24,276 nucleotides of DNA from Pirellulales bacterium (lineage in GTDB: Bacteria > Planctomycetota > Planctomycetia > Pirellulales > JBGTDH01): assembly GCA_041748435.1 (NCBI GenBank), contig JBGTDH010000310.1, forward strand, positions 1 to 24,276, written 5' to 3'. The position numbers and the translations under genes are program-made. Position 1 is the first letter of the stretch, and each line of letters begins with the position of its first letter. Below, one piece after another: positions 1 to 8,559 of this stretch. The notes under the pieces are model-generated. The model worked only from the letters and a program-made list of their open reading frames with translations, was not told where the DNA came from and ran no database searches.

Positions 1-1047
1 GGCTTCGATTACTACTTCGGCGTCGACGTGCCCAACTATCCGCCGTATTGCTACCTGGAAAACGATCGCACGGTGGGCATTCCTTCTGTCCCGGACACCG
101 GCCGCGCAGAGGGCTTCAATCGCCCGGGGCCGATGCTCCCCGGCTGGAAGCTGGTCGAGATTCTGCCCGAGCTTACGCGGCGGGCCGTGAAGTACGTGGA
201 AGACACCGCCAAGACGGGCAAGCCATTCTTTCTGTACGTCGCGCTCACGTCGCCGCACTATCCGGTCGTGCCCTCGCCCGAGTTTCGCGGTAAATCCAAG
301 GTCGGCGATTACGGAGACTTCGTGCATCAGACCGATTGGTGTGTGGGACAGGTATTGGATGCGCTGGAGCGCGCGGGCGTCGCGGAGAACACGCTGGTCT
401 TCTTCACCAGCGACAACGGCCCGGAGATCACCGGCGAAGTGAACCCCGGCGTCTACGATCGCATTCAGCAATACGCCCATCACAGCCTGGACGGCCTTCG
501 CGGCGCCAAGCGGGATCTGTGGGAGGCGGGCCATCGTGTGCCTTTTCTCGCCCGTTGGCCCGGCCGGGTGCCCGCCGCAACGGTCAGCGAGGAGACCATC
601 TGCCACGTCGATCTTCTGGCCACCGTCGCGGGACTTCTGAATGTCAGGCTGCCCGACAACGCGGGCGAAGATAGCGTCAACATTCTGCCTGCCCTGAAAA
701 ACGAGCCGCGGGAACGGCCGCTGCGAGAAGCCACGGTGCATCACGGCGCCCGCGGCAATCTGGCCATTCGCCAGGGAGATTGGGTGTTCATCGATGCCCC
801 CACCGGGCAGGAGAACGGGGCGAGGGGCGGGGAGCCGGCCTGGCTCCGCGAGCAACGCGGCTATGTCTCGCACGAACATCCCGGCGAGCTCTACAATCTG
901 CGAGAAGACTTGCTCCAGCGAAATAACCTGTATGGCCAGCAGCCGGAGAGGGTCCGTGAGTTGAAGTCCTTCCTGGCCCGCTACCAGCGGGAGGGCCGCA
1001 GCACCCCCGGAGCGCCACAACCCAACGACGTGCCGCTGGGCAGGTAG
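1..1047 (+). CDS. Sulfatase (arylsulfatase A-like), C-terminal part; 5' end lies outside the window
   Basis: Frame is open from base 1 (GFDYYFGVDVPNYPPY...). Sulfatase motifs GFDYYFG, YVALTSPHYP, FTSDNG, RGAKRDLWEAGHRVPF and ELYNLREDLLQRNNL. The catalytic CxPxR motif would be upstream and is not visible. Confidence 0.9.
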   Translation, partial: GFDYYFGVDVPNYPPYCYLENDRTVGIPSVPDTGRAEGFNRPGPMLPGWKLVEILPELTRRAVKYVEDTAKTGKPFFLYVALTSPHYPVVPSPEFRGKSKVGDYGDFVHQTDWCVGQVLDALERAGVAENTLVFFTSDNGPEITGEVNPGVYDRIQQYAHHSLDGLRGAKRDLWEAGHRVPFLARWPGRVPAATVSEETICHVDLLATVAGLLNVRLPDNAGEDSVNILPALKNEPRERPLREATVHHGARGNLAIRQGDWVFIDAPTGQENGARGGEPAWLREQRGYVSHEHPGELYNLREDLLQRNNLYGQQPERVRELKSFLARYQREGRSTPGAPQPNDVPLGR

Positions 1048-1111
1048 TTTTCGTGTTCGATCGTTCTTCTCTGCTGGACGCTGCCCGCTGGCGATGTTAC
1101 TGTGCCGGATT

Positions 1112-1978
1112 ATGGTGGCCAGCATCCATTACATCGAGAGCGTAATTGCCACGTACCGTGCGGCCACGGAGGCCAATCATCGCACGGAGACGCGGCAAGG
1201 CAACGTCATTGTGCTGGATGCCGATTCGGCCGAAGACGTGATGGTCACGGCCGATCTGCACGGCCATCGGCGCAACTACACGCTGATCCAGCGCACGGCC
1301 GACATGGACGGCCATCCCCGCCGGCATCTCATCATGCAGGAGGTTTGCCACGGCGGACCCACCTACGCCAGCAACGGCGGGTGCATGTCCCACACCATGC
1401 TGGAAGATGTGGCCAAGCTCAAGGTGAAGTATCCGCAGCGGTTTCACTTTTTGATGAGCAATCACGAATGGGCCGAAGTGATGGACTATCCCATCCTCAA
1501 GGCCAAGAAGATGCTCAACCTGATGTTCCGCATGGGCATGCAAGAGGCCTACGGCGCCGCGACGGAGAAAGTGCGGGAAGCCTATATCGAGTTCCTCCGC
1601 AGTTGCCCGCTGGCGGTGCGTCTGCCCGGCGACGTGTTCATCTGCCACAGCGCCCCGGAAAGCGTGGAGCTGATGCCGTTCGACGGCTCCCTTTTTGATT
1701 GTCCGCTGGACCCGCTCGATTGGCAGGAACATGGCGATCTGTTTCGCATGCTATGGGGGCGAGACTATCGGCCGGAGAATGCACGTGCCTTCGCGCGTGA
1801 GGTTGATGCCAAGGTGCTGATCCACGGACACGACCCTTGTCCCGAGGGGTCCCGCGTGCCCAACGACATGCAGATCATCTTGGACTGCTGTGGCGAACGG
1901 GCCACCTACCTGCTGCTGCCCACCAACGTCGAACTTACCCATCCCCAGATTGTCGATCGCATCCAGTTTCTGAAGTAA
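1112..1978 (+). CDS. Calcineurin-like metallophosphoesterase, non-canonical motif variant (ORF-track start 1094; ATG 1112 preferred)
   Basis: ADLHGH (DxH), MSNHE (GNHE variant), ICHS and IHGHD (GHxH-like) occur in the expected order and spacing. Confidence 0.75.
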   Translation: MVASIHYIESVIATYRAATEANHRTETRQGNVIVLDADSAEDVMVTADLHGHRRNYTLIQRTADMDGHPRRHLIMQEVCHGGPTYASNGGCMSHTMLEDVAKLKVKYPQRFHFLMSNHEWAEVMDYPILKAKKMLNLMFRMGMQEAYGAATEKVREAYIEFLRSCPLAVRLPGDVFICHSAPESVELMPFDGSLFDCPLDPLDWQEHGDLFRMLWGRDYRPENARAFAREVDAKVLIHGHDPCPEGSRVPNDMQIILDCCGERATYLLLPTNVELTHPQIVDRIQFLK

Positions 1979-1983
1979 CCCGC

Positions 1984-3537
1984 ATGAACAGCACCGCTCG
2001 GATCATCGTTTTCGCTCTCGTCGTCAACCTCCTGGGTGCGCTCGCTGGCGCCCGCGCCGCCGATCCCGCGCCGCCAGCGGGCTTCCGGGCGATCTTCAAC
2101 GGTCGCGACCTGACCGGCTGGCACGGACTTAATCCCCACAGCGTGGTGAAGCTGGAGGGAGACAAGAAAGCAGCCAACGTTTCGCAGCAGCGAGCGGAAT
2201 TCTCGCAGCACTGGCGCGTGGAAGACGGCGAGCTTGTGAACGACGGCCACGGCCCTTATGCGAACACCAACGAAGACTTTGGCGACATCGAGCTGCTGCT
2301 GGAATACAAGACGGTCGCCAAAGCCGACAGCGGCATCTATCTGCGCGGCACGCCGCAGGTGCAAATCTGGGACTTCCACCAGCCGTTCGATCCGAAGAAG
2401 CCCACGCGCAAGCCGCATCTCGGCTCGGGGGGCTTGTTCAACAACTCGCCGGCGGCCGCGGGTCGCGATCCGCTGGTGATGGCCGACAAGCCGCTGGGGC
2501 AGTGGAACCGGTTTCGCATCCGCCAGATCGGCCCGCAAACCTGGGTCTGGTTGAACGGCAAACTGGTCGTCGACGGCGCGGTGATGGAGAACTTCTGGAA
2601 TCGCGCGGAGGCTCTGCCCGCCCGCGGTCCAATTCTGCTGCAGACGCACGGTGGCGAGATTCGCTGGCGAAACATTTTTCTTCGCGAGATTGGCGCGGAA
2701 GAGGCCTCGCGAGTCGCTGCTGCGGCCAAGTCGGAGGAATCGAGCTTAGCCCATGCGCTCACGCTGCATGCCTCGTTCGATCAGGGGCTGGATGCCGACT
2801 TTTCACGCGGCGATCGAACTTGCTATGTCAAGCAAGGCAAGGACCTACTGCACGCGAAGGCCACCGACGAGGTGAAGCTGGCCTCGGACGGCGGCCGCTT
2901 TGGCGGCGCGCTGCACTTCACCAAGAAGAATGCCTTCCGGCCATCCTATCGTGACGCGGGCGTGCTGAACTACAACGACAAGAGCTGGAGCGCCACCGTC
3001 TCGGTCTGGATGCGTCTCAATCCCGATCTGGACCTGGAGCCCGGCTACTGCGACCCGGTGCAAATCGTGGGCGACGACGCCAACAAGGGGTTCATCTTCC
3101 TGGAATGGTCGAAGGACGAGACGCCGCGCTTCTTCCGTTACGCCATCCGCCCGCTGTTTCCGATCTGGAATCCGGACAAAGTGCAATGGGACCAGATTCC
3201 CTTCAACAAACGTCCGATGGTGCAGGTCGCCCGCGCGCCGTTCTCGCGGGAGGCGTGGACCCACGCCGTCTTCACGCTCGAAAACATCAACAATAAGCAA
3301 ACACCCCCCGCCGGCCGCCTCTATCTCAACGGCCAATTGCAGGGAACGATCGAGAACTGGGACCTGACCTTCGGCTGGGATCCATCCCAGGTTCTGCTCG
3401 TCCTCGGCGCCGCCTACGTCGGCCACCTTGATGATCTCTCCGTCTTCAACCGCCCCCTCACCGCCGCCGAAGTGCAACAGATCTACACCTCAAAGCACGG
3501 CGTGCGAGAGCTGTACTCTACAAACACCACGCGCTGA
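1984..3537 (+). CDS. Secreted DUF1080 (3-keto-disaccharide hydrolase-like) domain fused to a C-terminal LamG/concanavalin-A-like jelly-roll domain
   Basis: ATG 1984 lies 5 nt after the upstream stop. Signal peptide MNSTARIIVFALVVNLLGALAGARA. DUF1080 motifs FRAIFNGRDLTGW, DSGIYLRG, GQWNRFRI, LNGKLVVDG and GPILLQTHGGEIRWRNIFLRE. LamG-like motifs WTHAVFT, LYLNGQLQG and GHLDDLSVFNRPLTAAEVQQIY. Confidence 0.85.
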   Translation: MNSTARIIVFALVVNLLGALAGARAADPAPPAGFRAIFNGRDLTGWHGLNPHSVVKLEGDKKAANVSQQRAEFSQHWRVEDGELVNDGHGPYANTNEDFGDIELLLEYKTVAKADSGIYLRGTPQVQIWDFHQPFDPKKPTRKPHLGSGGLFNNSPAAAGRDPLVMADKPLGQWNRFRIRQIGPQTWVWLNGKLVVDGAVMENFWNRAEALPARGPILLQTHGGEIRWRNIFLREIGAEEASRVAAAAKSEESSLAHALTLHASFDQGLDADFSRGDRTCYVKQGKDLLHAKATDEVKLASDGGRFGGALHFTKKNAFRPSYRDAGVLNYNDKSWSATVSVWMRLNPDLDLEPGYCDPVQIVGDDANKGFIFLEWSKDETPRFFRYAIRPLFPIWNPDKVQWDQIPFNKRPMVQVARAPFSREAWTHAVFTLENINNKQTPPAGRLYLNGQLQGTIENWDLTFGWDPSQVLLVLGAAYVGHLDDLSVFNRPLTAAEVQQIYTSKHGVRELYSTNTTR

Positions 3538-3543
3538 GCGACT

Positions 3544-3555
3544 CGTGATATAATC
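3544..3555 (+). promoter_or_regulatory. Putative extended -10 promoter (TGnTATAAT) for the DUF433 gene
   Basis: CGTGATATAATC has TG at 3546-3547 and a perfect TATAAT at 3549-3554, 38 nt upstream of ATG 3593, in an intergenic gap. Confidence 0.6.
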
Positions 3556-3592
3556 AGGCGAGAGGATCGCGGCTGCGCAGAGAACGAACCCT

Positions 3593-3910
3593 ATGAATCG
3601 TTGCTACGTCGAGGAACGCGAGGGGGGCTATTGGATCGCGGCGACGCGAGTCTCGCTGGACTCCCTCGTGTACGCCTTTCACGGAGGCCAGACGGCCGAG
3701 AGCATTGCTCAGATGTTTCCCGTGTTGAACTTGGAACAGGTTTACGGCGCGGTGGCTCATTATCTGGCGCATCGCAGCGAGATTGACGAGTACCTGGCAA
3801 CGACCCGTGGCGCTGGGGAGCGCCTCAGTCAGGCGTCGCGGCAGGCGGATCCGACTTTTTATCAGAAACTCGCCGACGCCCGGCGGCAGATGCAGGCGGT
3901 TGGCCGCTGA
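3593..3910 (+). CDS. DUF433 domain protein (putative antitoxin, VapB45-like)
   Basis: The segment GYWIAATRVSLDSLVYAFHGGQTAESIAQMFPVLNLEQVYGAVAHY matches the DUF433 pattern (G-TRV-l--iv--f--G-s-e-I---fp-L-leqvy-Ai-yY). Confidence 0.85.
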   Translation: MNRCYVEEREGGYWIAATRVSLDSLVYAFHGGQTAESIAQMFPVLNLEQVYGAVAHYLAHRSEIDEYLATTRGAGERLSQASRQADPTFYQKLADARRQMQAVGR

Positions 3911-3912
3911 TC

Positions 3913-4013
3913 GTGCGGTTCCAGGCGGATGCCGTCATCGACGACCTGCTCCTGATTTGGCTGGCGACGGACGCCGGCGAATGGGTGAATCGCTTCACTA
4001 TCTGCCGTATTGA
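3913..4013 (+). pseudogene. Internally deleted and frameshifted DUF5615/PIN-like toxin relic
   Basis: It begins 2 nt after the DUF433 stop and reads VRFQADA (the family N-terminus) joined directly to VIDDLLLIWLATDAGEWVNR (the family C-terminus). The typical terminal YLPY-stop is present one frame off, ending at 4013. Confidence 0.7.
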
Positions 4014-4058
4014 ACACAACCTCAATCCCCATCACATCATCGGTCTGCTCGGCTATCT

Positions 4059-5393
4059 TTAGCCCTGATGCAAGGCTTCCAGCGTTTCCGGGCGGATGAC
4101 AATGGAGGGTCGGACGGAGCGCATGCGGGCGATGGCCTCGTCGACGGTCGCAGCCTGGCGAGTGGCGATGAGATACGCGCCAGCCACGGCGGCACTGCGT
4201 GAGTAGCCAATTTTGCAGTGAATGTAGACGGCGCCTTGCGTGGCCTGCTCGCGGATGAATACCGTTGCTCGGCGCAGTTGATCATCCGTCGGGCGGGTCA
4301 AGTCGAGGATTGGCAAGTTGAAGTACTTTACGTTTCGGAACGGCGCCGCGGCGGAGAACTCCGCCGTTAGATCGAGCACGGCGGTCACGCCTTGTTGGAT
4401 GGCCAGGGCCGCCTCCGTGTTGTTGAGGATGCGCCCCACAAGCACCCGCGGCGCCACCTCGTCCCACGCTCGACAATGACGTCGATAGTAGACCAGCGAG
4501 AAGTACTGCCCCAACAGAATTGGCGCCAGTACGAATCGGGCACTGAAGGGCAAGCGGCCGTCGGTCTTGCGGTAGATGCCCGGACCGAGACCGAAGTACG
4601 CGGCGGCCACAATTCCCAATGCGGCCGCCGGCCAGAGCAAGAATACGCCCCACGGCCAGGTCGCCGGCGCTAGCGTCACAACCGCTACCGCGCCAGCCGC
4701 GTAATAGCATCCCACGCGGCGATTGGCCACAACGGGCAGACGGCCCGGAGATTCGCGGAACAAGTAGAAAGCGAAGCCGGCAAGCACCAAGCCCCCGGCG
4801 ACATCGATCAGGTGGTGCTGCCACAAGAGCACCGTCGACAAGCAGATCAGAGTGAACCAGGTAAAGGCGAGAGCCTTGACCAGCCCACGCGTAGATCGTC
4901 CATAGATGTCCGCCAGAATCAGACACAGGGCGACGTGCAGACAGGGAAACAGATTATGCGGGTATTCCATCAGGAAGGGCGCGTTGCAGGACAGCTCGAC
5001 AAACTCTCCGAACCATCCGTCGACCTGCGGCCGTGCGGGCCAAGCCAGCCTCAGTGGCAGCAGCAGGAACATGCTCGCCGCCAGGAGTATCGAAAACACG
5101 ATCCGCTGGGCAAAGATGCGTAGTTCTCCTTTTTCGCGGCACAGGAAGGCCGCCATAAAGAAGAACAGGTCGATCGACATGTAGGGCACGATGAGCAGCG
5201 GGACATAAGGCACGACGGTCAGCTCCCAGGGGAAATACCACGTGCCCACCTGGGAACTGGGACGCTGCGCGGTGAACCAGTTGGTGCCGCCGTACACGAT
5301 CACGAACAGCAGAGACAGCGAGAGGGAGGTCAGCGCTGCCCGCCAGATTAGCGACCGATGCGGCGGGCCACCGAGACCGTGAATATCCCGCAT
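4059..5393 (-). CDS. ynbD: PAP2-like membrane domain plus dual-specificity phosphatase fusion (YnbD-like)
   Basis: Multiple TM segments; PAP2-like FPCLH and WQHHLIDV; intact CX5R loop HCKIGYSRSA; last gene of the ynb-like operon. Confidence 0.85.
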   Translation of the reverse strand: MRDIHGLGGPPHRSLIWRAALTSLSLSLLFVIVYGGTNWFTAQRPSSQVGTWYFPWELTVVPYVPLLIVPYMSIDLFFFMAAFLCREKGELRIFAQRIVFSILLAASMFLLLPLRLAWPARPQVDGWFGEFVELSCNAPFLMEYPHNLFPCLHVALCLILADIYGRSTRGLVKALAFTWFTLICLSTVLLWQHHLIDVAGGLVLAGFAFYLFRESPGRLPVVANRRVGCYYAAGAVAVVTLAPATWPWGVFLLWPAAALGIVAAAYFGLGPGIYRKTDGRLPFSARFVLAPILLGQYFSLVYYRRHCRAWDEVAPRVLVGRILNNTEAALAIQQGVTAVLDLTAEFSAAAPFRNVKYFNLPILDLTRPTDDQLRRATVFIREQATQGAVYIHCKIGYSRSAAVAGAYLIATRQAATVDEAIARMRSVRPSIVIRPETLEALHQG

Positions 5394-7108
5394 GGATCGA
5401 TCTCCTGGGAAACCTTTTCAAAACCCGCGCTACGCACCAGATCATCCATTTCCGCTTGCGTGCGACGTCGCATGATCCACGGCTGGCCTTCGCGATTGGT
5501 CAGCACGCGGGCAATGAATTCGACCTGCGGATGCCACGGTTGATTTGTATAAATCAGATGGCCGCCGGGCTCGATTGCGTTGGCCAGCCCCTCGAGGGAC
5601 CGCCGCAACGGGCCGTTGTCGGGAAACAGTTCGTACAAACCGGACACAATGGCGATCGTGGGACGGGGCTCGATGCGCGCTAGTTCCGCGGCATCGAAAG
5701 CATCGCCCTGCACCAGGGTGATGCCCTCCAGCCCGAGTTGCTCTTGCAGCCGACGCGCGGCGTCCAAGTTCTCTTGCTTGTAATCTCGCAACATCGCCGA
5801 GATGGGAATAGGCCGCAGCGCGTGCATGGTCTCCAGGACGTAGCGCCCCGGACCGGAGGCGATGTCTAAGAGACGCACCTCGCGGCCGGCGGCGTGCGTT
5901 TGTTCGATCAGCGAGGTCAGCGACTGTTGCAACAACATTCTCCGTACGCGGATGCCGCGCCAACCGATAGCATTGAGGTAGGCACGGTCGATCAGGCGGC
6001 CCAGCGGTGTGATCCCTTGCGCTCGATTGTGATAGACGTAATCGAGCATGATGCCGGAGTCGTAGCCGTACTTCTCGCCGAGCTGAATGCCGCGGCTCAA
6101 TCGTCCGGGCCCTTTCATCAACCAGCGAACGGGGGCAAAGCGACGGCCTCCCGGCGCGCGCAGGCGCTGGAATTCTTCGTGCGTGTAACCGCGACGGTCT
6201 GCATCGTCGCAGGCCCCTGGCGACGACGCCTGGGCGAAGCATTCTTCCGCAAAACCGCGCACCATCTCAATCACGCGCTGCCGGTTCTGTTCGTGAAACA
6301 CCGAATGGGCAAATCCGCGCAAGACTTCAAATCGCTTAATGGTCGACGAGGCTCGATCGACGAACGATTGCTGCGCCGATTGGCGCACGACCCAATCCGA
6401 ACCGGCGGCGATGACCAACAGCGGAACTCGCAGAGCGCCGGCATCGTCCAGCAGCCGCGTCGACGTGTCGTGCAGGTCCAGCAACAGGTTGATTGCAATC
6501 TGCCGGAAAATCAGCGGATCGGCTGCATAACGCTCGGCCTCCGCGGGATCGTGCGTGAGCATGTTCGCCTGGATAAAGCTCTTAACGTATCCGGGCCCCA
6601 GCACGCCTTGCCGCAACCGCAACAGCGGCACCGCCAACGGCACATACAGCTTCACGCGGAAGGCGGGCGTGGCCAGGATCAGTCCGCGAATGCGTGGGGC
6701 GAAGTCATGCACCCAGGCAGTCGCGATCACAGCGCCCAGGCTATGCGCCATCACCACGGTGTGCTGCAGGTCGATGCCGTGCGCGGCAACGAGGTGGCGA
6801 GCCCACTCCTCGGCGTCGCGAATGACCGTCGCCAAGTCTGGCGCCGCGCCGCGTTCGCCCGGCGAACGTCCATGCCCGCGCTGATCCCAGGCAAACACGG
6901 CTACATCGGGCAGACTCAAAGCAGAAACTGTCTCCTGCCAGCGTCCCGAGTGCTCGTGCCCCCGGTGAAACAGGAGCAACGCTTTAGTCGTAGGCTGGAC
7001 GGGCAGCCAGGCTCGGTAAAACAGCTCTGTGCCGTCCCGCAGCGTAAGCGTGTGCTGACGCGCGTCGCTCACCGCCGGGGCATCGCATTCTTCTTGAACG
7101 TGGGCCAT
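5348..7108 (-). CDS. ynbC: Bifunctional alpha/beta hydrolase plus class I SAM-dependent methyltransferase (YnbC-like)
   Basis: Hydrolase motifs DGTELFYRAW, HRGHEHSGR, WDQRGHGRSPGERG and AHSLG. Methyltransferase motifs LLDIASGPGRYVL, VSGLYELFPDN and YTNQPWHPQVEFIARVL. The 586-aa size matches E. coli YnbC-type proteins. Confidence 0.9.
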   Translation of the reverse strand: MAHVQEECDAPAVSDARQHTLTLRDGTELFYRAWLPVQPTTKALLLFHRGHEHSGRWQETVSALSLPDVAVFAWDQRGHGRSPGERGAAPDLATVIRDAEEWARHLVAAHGIDLQHTVVMAHSLGAVIATAWVHDFAPRIRGLILATPAFRVKLYVPLAVPLLRLRQGVLGPGYVKSFIQANMLTHDPAEAERYAADPLIFRQIAINLLLDLHDTSTRLLDDAGALRVPLLVIAAGSDWVVRQSAQQSFVDRASSTIKRFEVLRGFAHSVFHEQNRQRVIEMVRGFAEECFAQASSPGACDDADRRGYTHEEFQRLRAPGGRRFAPVRWLMKGPGRLSRGIQLGEKYGYDSGIMLDYVYHNRAQGITPLGRLIDRAYLNAIGWRGIRVRRMLLQQSLTSLIEQTHAAGREVRLLDIASGPGRYVLETMHALRPIPISAMLRDYKQENLDAARRLQEQLGLEGITLVQGDAFDAAELARIEPRPTIAIVSGLYELFPDNGPLRRSLEGLANAIEPGGHLIYTNQPWHPQVEFIARVLTNREGQPWIMRRRTQAEMDDLVRSAGFEKVSQEIDPCGIFTVSVARRIGR

Positions 7109-7116
7109 CCGCAGTC

Positions 7117-7548
7117 CTATTTCCGTGCGGTGTCGATCAAGGGTTCACGTCTACGTTTCCATTCCTTAGCCGAGATAAAGACGATTGTCAGGATGTCGCT
7201 CACGAGATGGAACTGGCGAGCCGCCGGAATGTCATACGGCGGCATCGTCGGCTCCAACAGGGGGCGAACTCGTTTCACGGCAGCCGCATCCGATTCGGAT
7301 TCCGGATGTTGTTTGATGGCCGATAAGATCGCCTCACGCTCGGCTGCCGTAGCTTCGATGGCGCCCAGGTTCTTGTAGGCAAAGCAGCCGTACAAGATTG
7401 CGACCAGAATGGTGGTCACCAACTCCGGTCGCCGTCGGAAGGTGGAGAAGCCCACCACGCCGCCAATGACGAGGACGTAAACCGTCCAAAACCATTGCAG
7501 AGCCACGGAGCGCTCGAAGTACTGTTGAATCAGCTCGCTGTAGTTCAT
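7117..7548 (-). CDS. Hypothetical membrane protein (about 3 hydrophobic segments) within the ynb-like operon
   Basis: GGAGG-like SD (rc of 7554-7558) precedes the ATG. Co-oriented and 8 nt upstream of ynbC. Hydrophobic stretches WFWTVYVLVIGGVVGF, LVTTILVAILYGCFAY and LVSDILTIVFISA. Confidence 0.75.
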   Translation of the reverse strand: MNYSELIQQYFERSVALQWFWTVYVLVIGGVVGFSTFRRRPELVTTILVAILYGCFAYKNLGAIEATAAEREAILSAIKQHPESESDAAAVKRVRPLLEPTMPPYDIPAARQFHLVSDILTIVFISAKEWKRRREPLIDTARK

Positions 7549-7600
7549 GAGACCCTCCGACGTCTAGGGTAAGATCCAAGGCTCTGCCGCGCACGCGATA

Positions 7601-8556
7601 TCACGGCGCGGGGCCAAAGTCGTAGCGATACCGGACGTAGTAAAAGAACAGCGGCGCGACGTAGATCAAGCTGTCGATGCGGTCCAGTATACCCCCGTGG
7701 CCGGGGATTACCGATCCCATGTCCTTGATTCCCAAGTCGCGCTTGATGACGCTTACGACGAGGTCTCCGAGCGGCGCACCCATGCCGACGATCAGGCCGC
7801 ACGCCAGCAGGTCCGGGAGCGTGAAATGCGGAAACGTGAACTGCAATGCCCACGGCAGCCAGCACGAAACCAGCAACGCGCCGACGGCGCCTGCCCAGGT
7901 TTTCTTCGGGCTCACATTGCTGCACAACAGGCGCCGGCCGACCAATCGGCCGCAGAGGTAGGCCGTCACATCGTTCAATGCCACCGCCAGCACCAGATAA
8001 CCCAAGTAGCTGTAGGCGTGCGGCGAATTGGCCAGGAACGCCAGATGGCCGAACATCCAACCGAAGTAGGCAAACGCGAAAATGGCCAGACAAACCAAAC
8101 GCAGTTGGTCGTGGGCACGATTGCGCACCACCGGGATTGCCAGAATCGTGGCAATCACGAAGACGGGGAGCGTCATGAACAGCCCGTACCATCCTCGCTG
8201 GTTATCTGCGGGATCGGTCGTCCAGCAGGCCAAGCCGGCGGCGCAGATTCCCAGGTGAACGCATCCGGCCATCACTCGATCTTGGCCCAGACCACTGGCT
8301 CGAGCGAATTCGTGGAAAGCAAGGATGGCCAAGAGTGTCAAGAACGCGATGGCCGCTTCGCGTCCCAGAAATACACCACCAGCAGCAGCGGCGCCATCGC
8401 CAGCCAACCGCGGAAAGCCTGCCAAGCATGGGAGACATTCTCTCGCAGACCGAATTGAAATGCGGCCAGCACCAAGCTCGCCAGGACCAGCAGTCCGCCG
8501 GCCAGCGCAACATAGAACCAGAACACTGGGCTCTCGATCGCCATTCTCGGCGACAT
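7601..8556 (-). pseudogene. ynbB: Phosphatidate cytidylyltransferase (YnbB/CdsA-like) split by an apparent 1-nt frameshift at about 8369-8371 (real lesion or sequence error)
   Basis: The N-terminal frame (8556 to ~8372, MSPRMAIESPVFWFY...MAPLLLVV) and the C-terminal frame (FLGREAAIAF...SPKKTWAG...GDLVVSVIKRDLGIKDMGSVIPGHGGILDRIDSL) join if one A is added to the AAA run at 8369-8371. Confidence 0.8.
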
Positions 8557-8559
8557 GCG

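Noticed and set aside
1837-1983. Longer upstream starts in the ORF track (1837, 12035, 13297, 16211, 20085)
   Set aside because: They overlap neighbouring genes or lack an SD. Downstream starts at 1984, 12200, 13783, 16415 and 20139 match signal peptides or family N-termini.
3540-4060. Mobile-element boundaries around the DUF433 and HNH modules
   Set aside because: I could not find terminal inverted repeats, target-site duplications, an integrase or a transposase, so no mobile element is called.
5894-7378. 494-aa plus-strand ORF
   Set aside because: Antisense shadow of ynbC and the membrane gene; composition is not protein-like.
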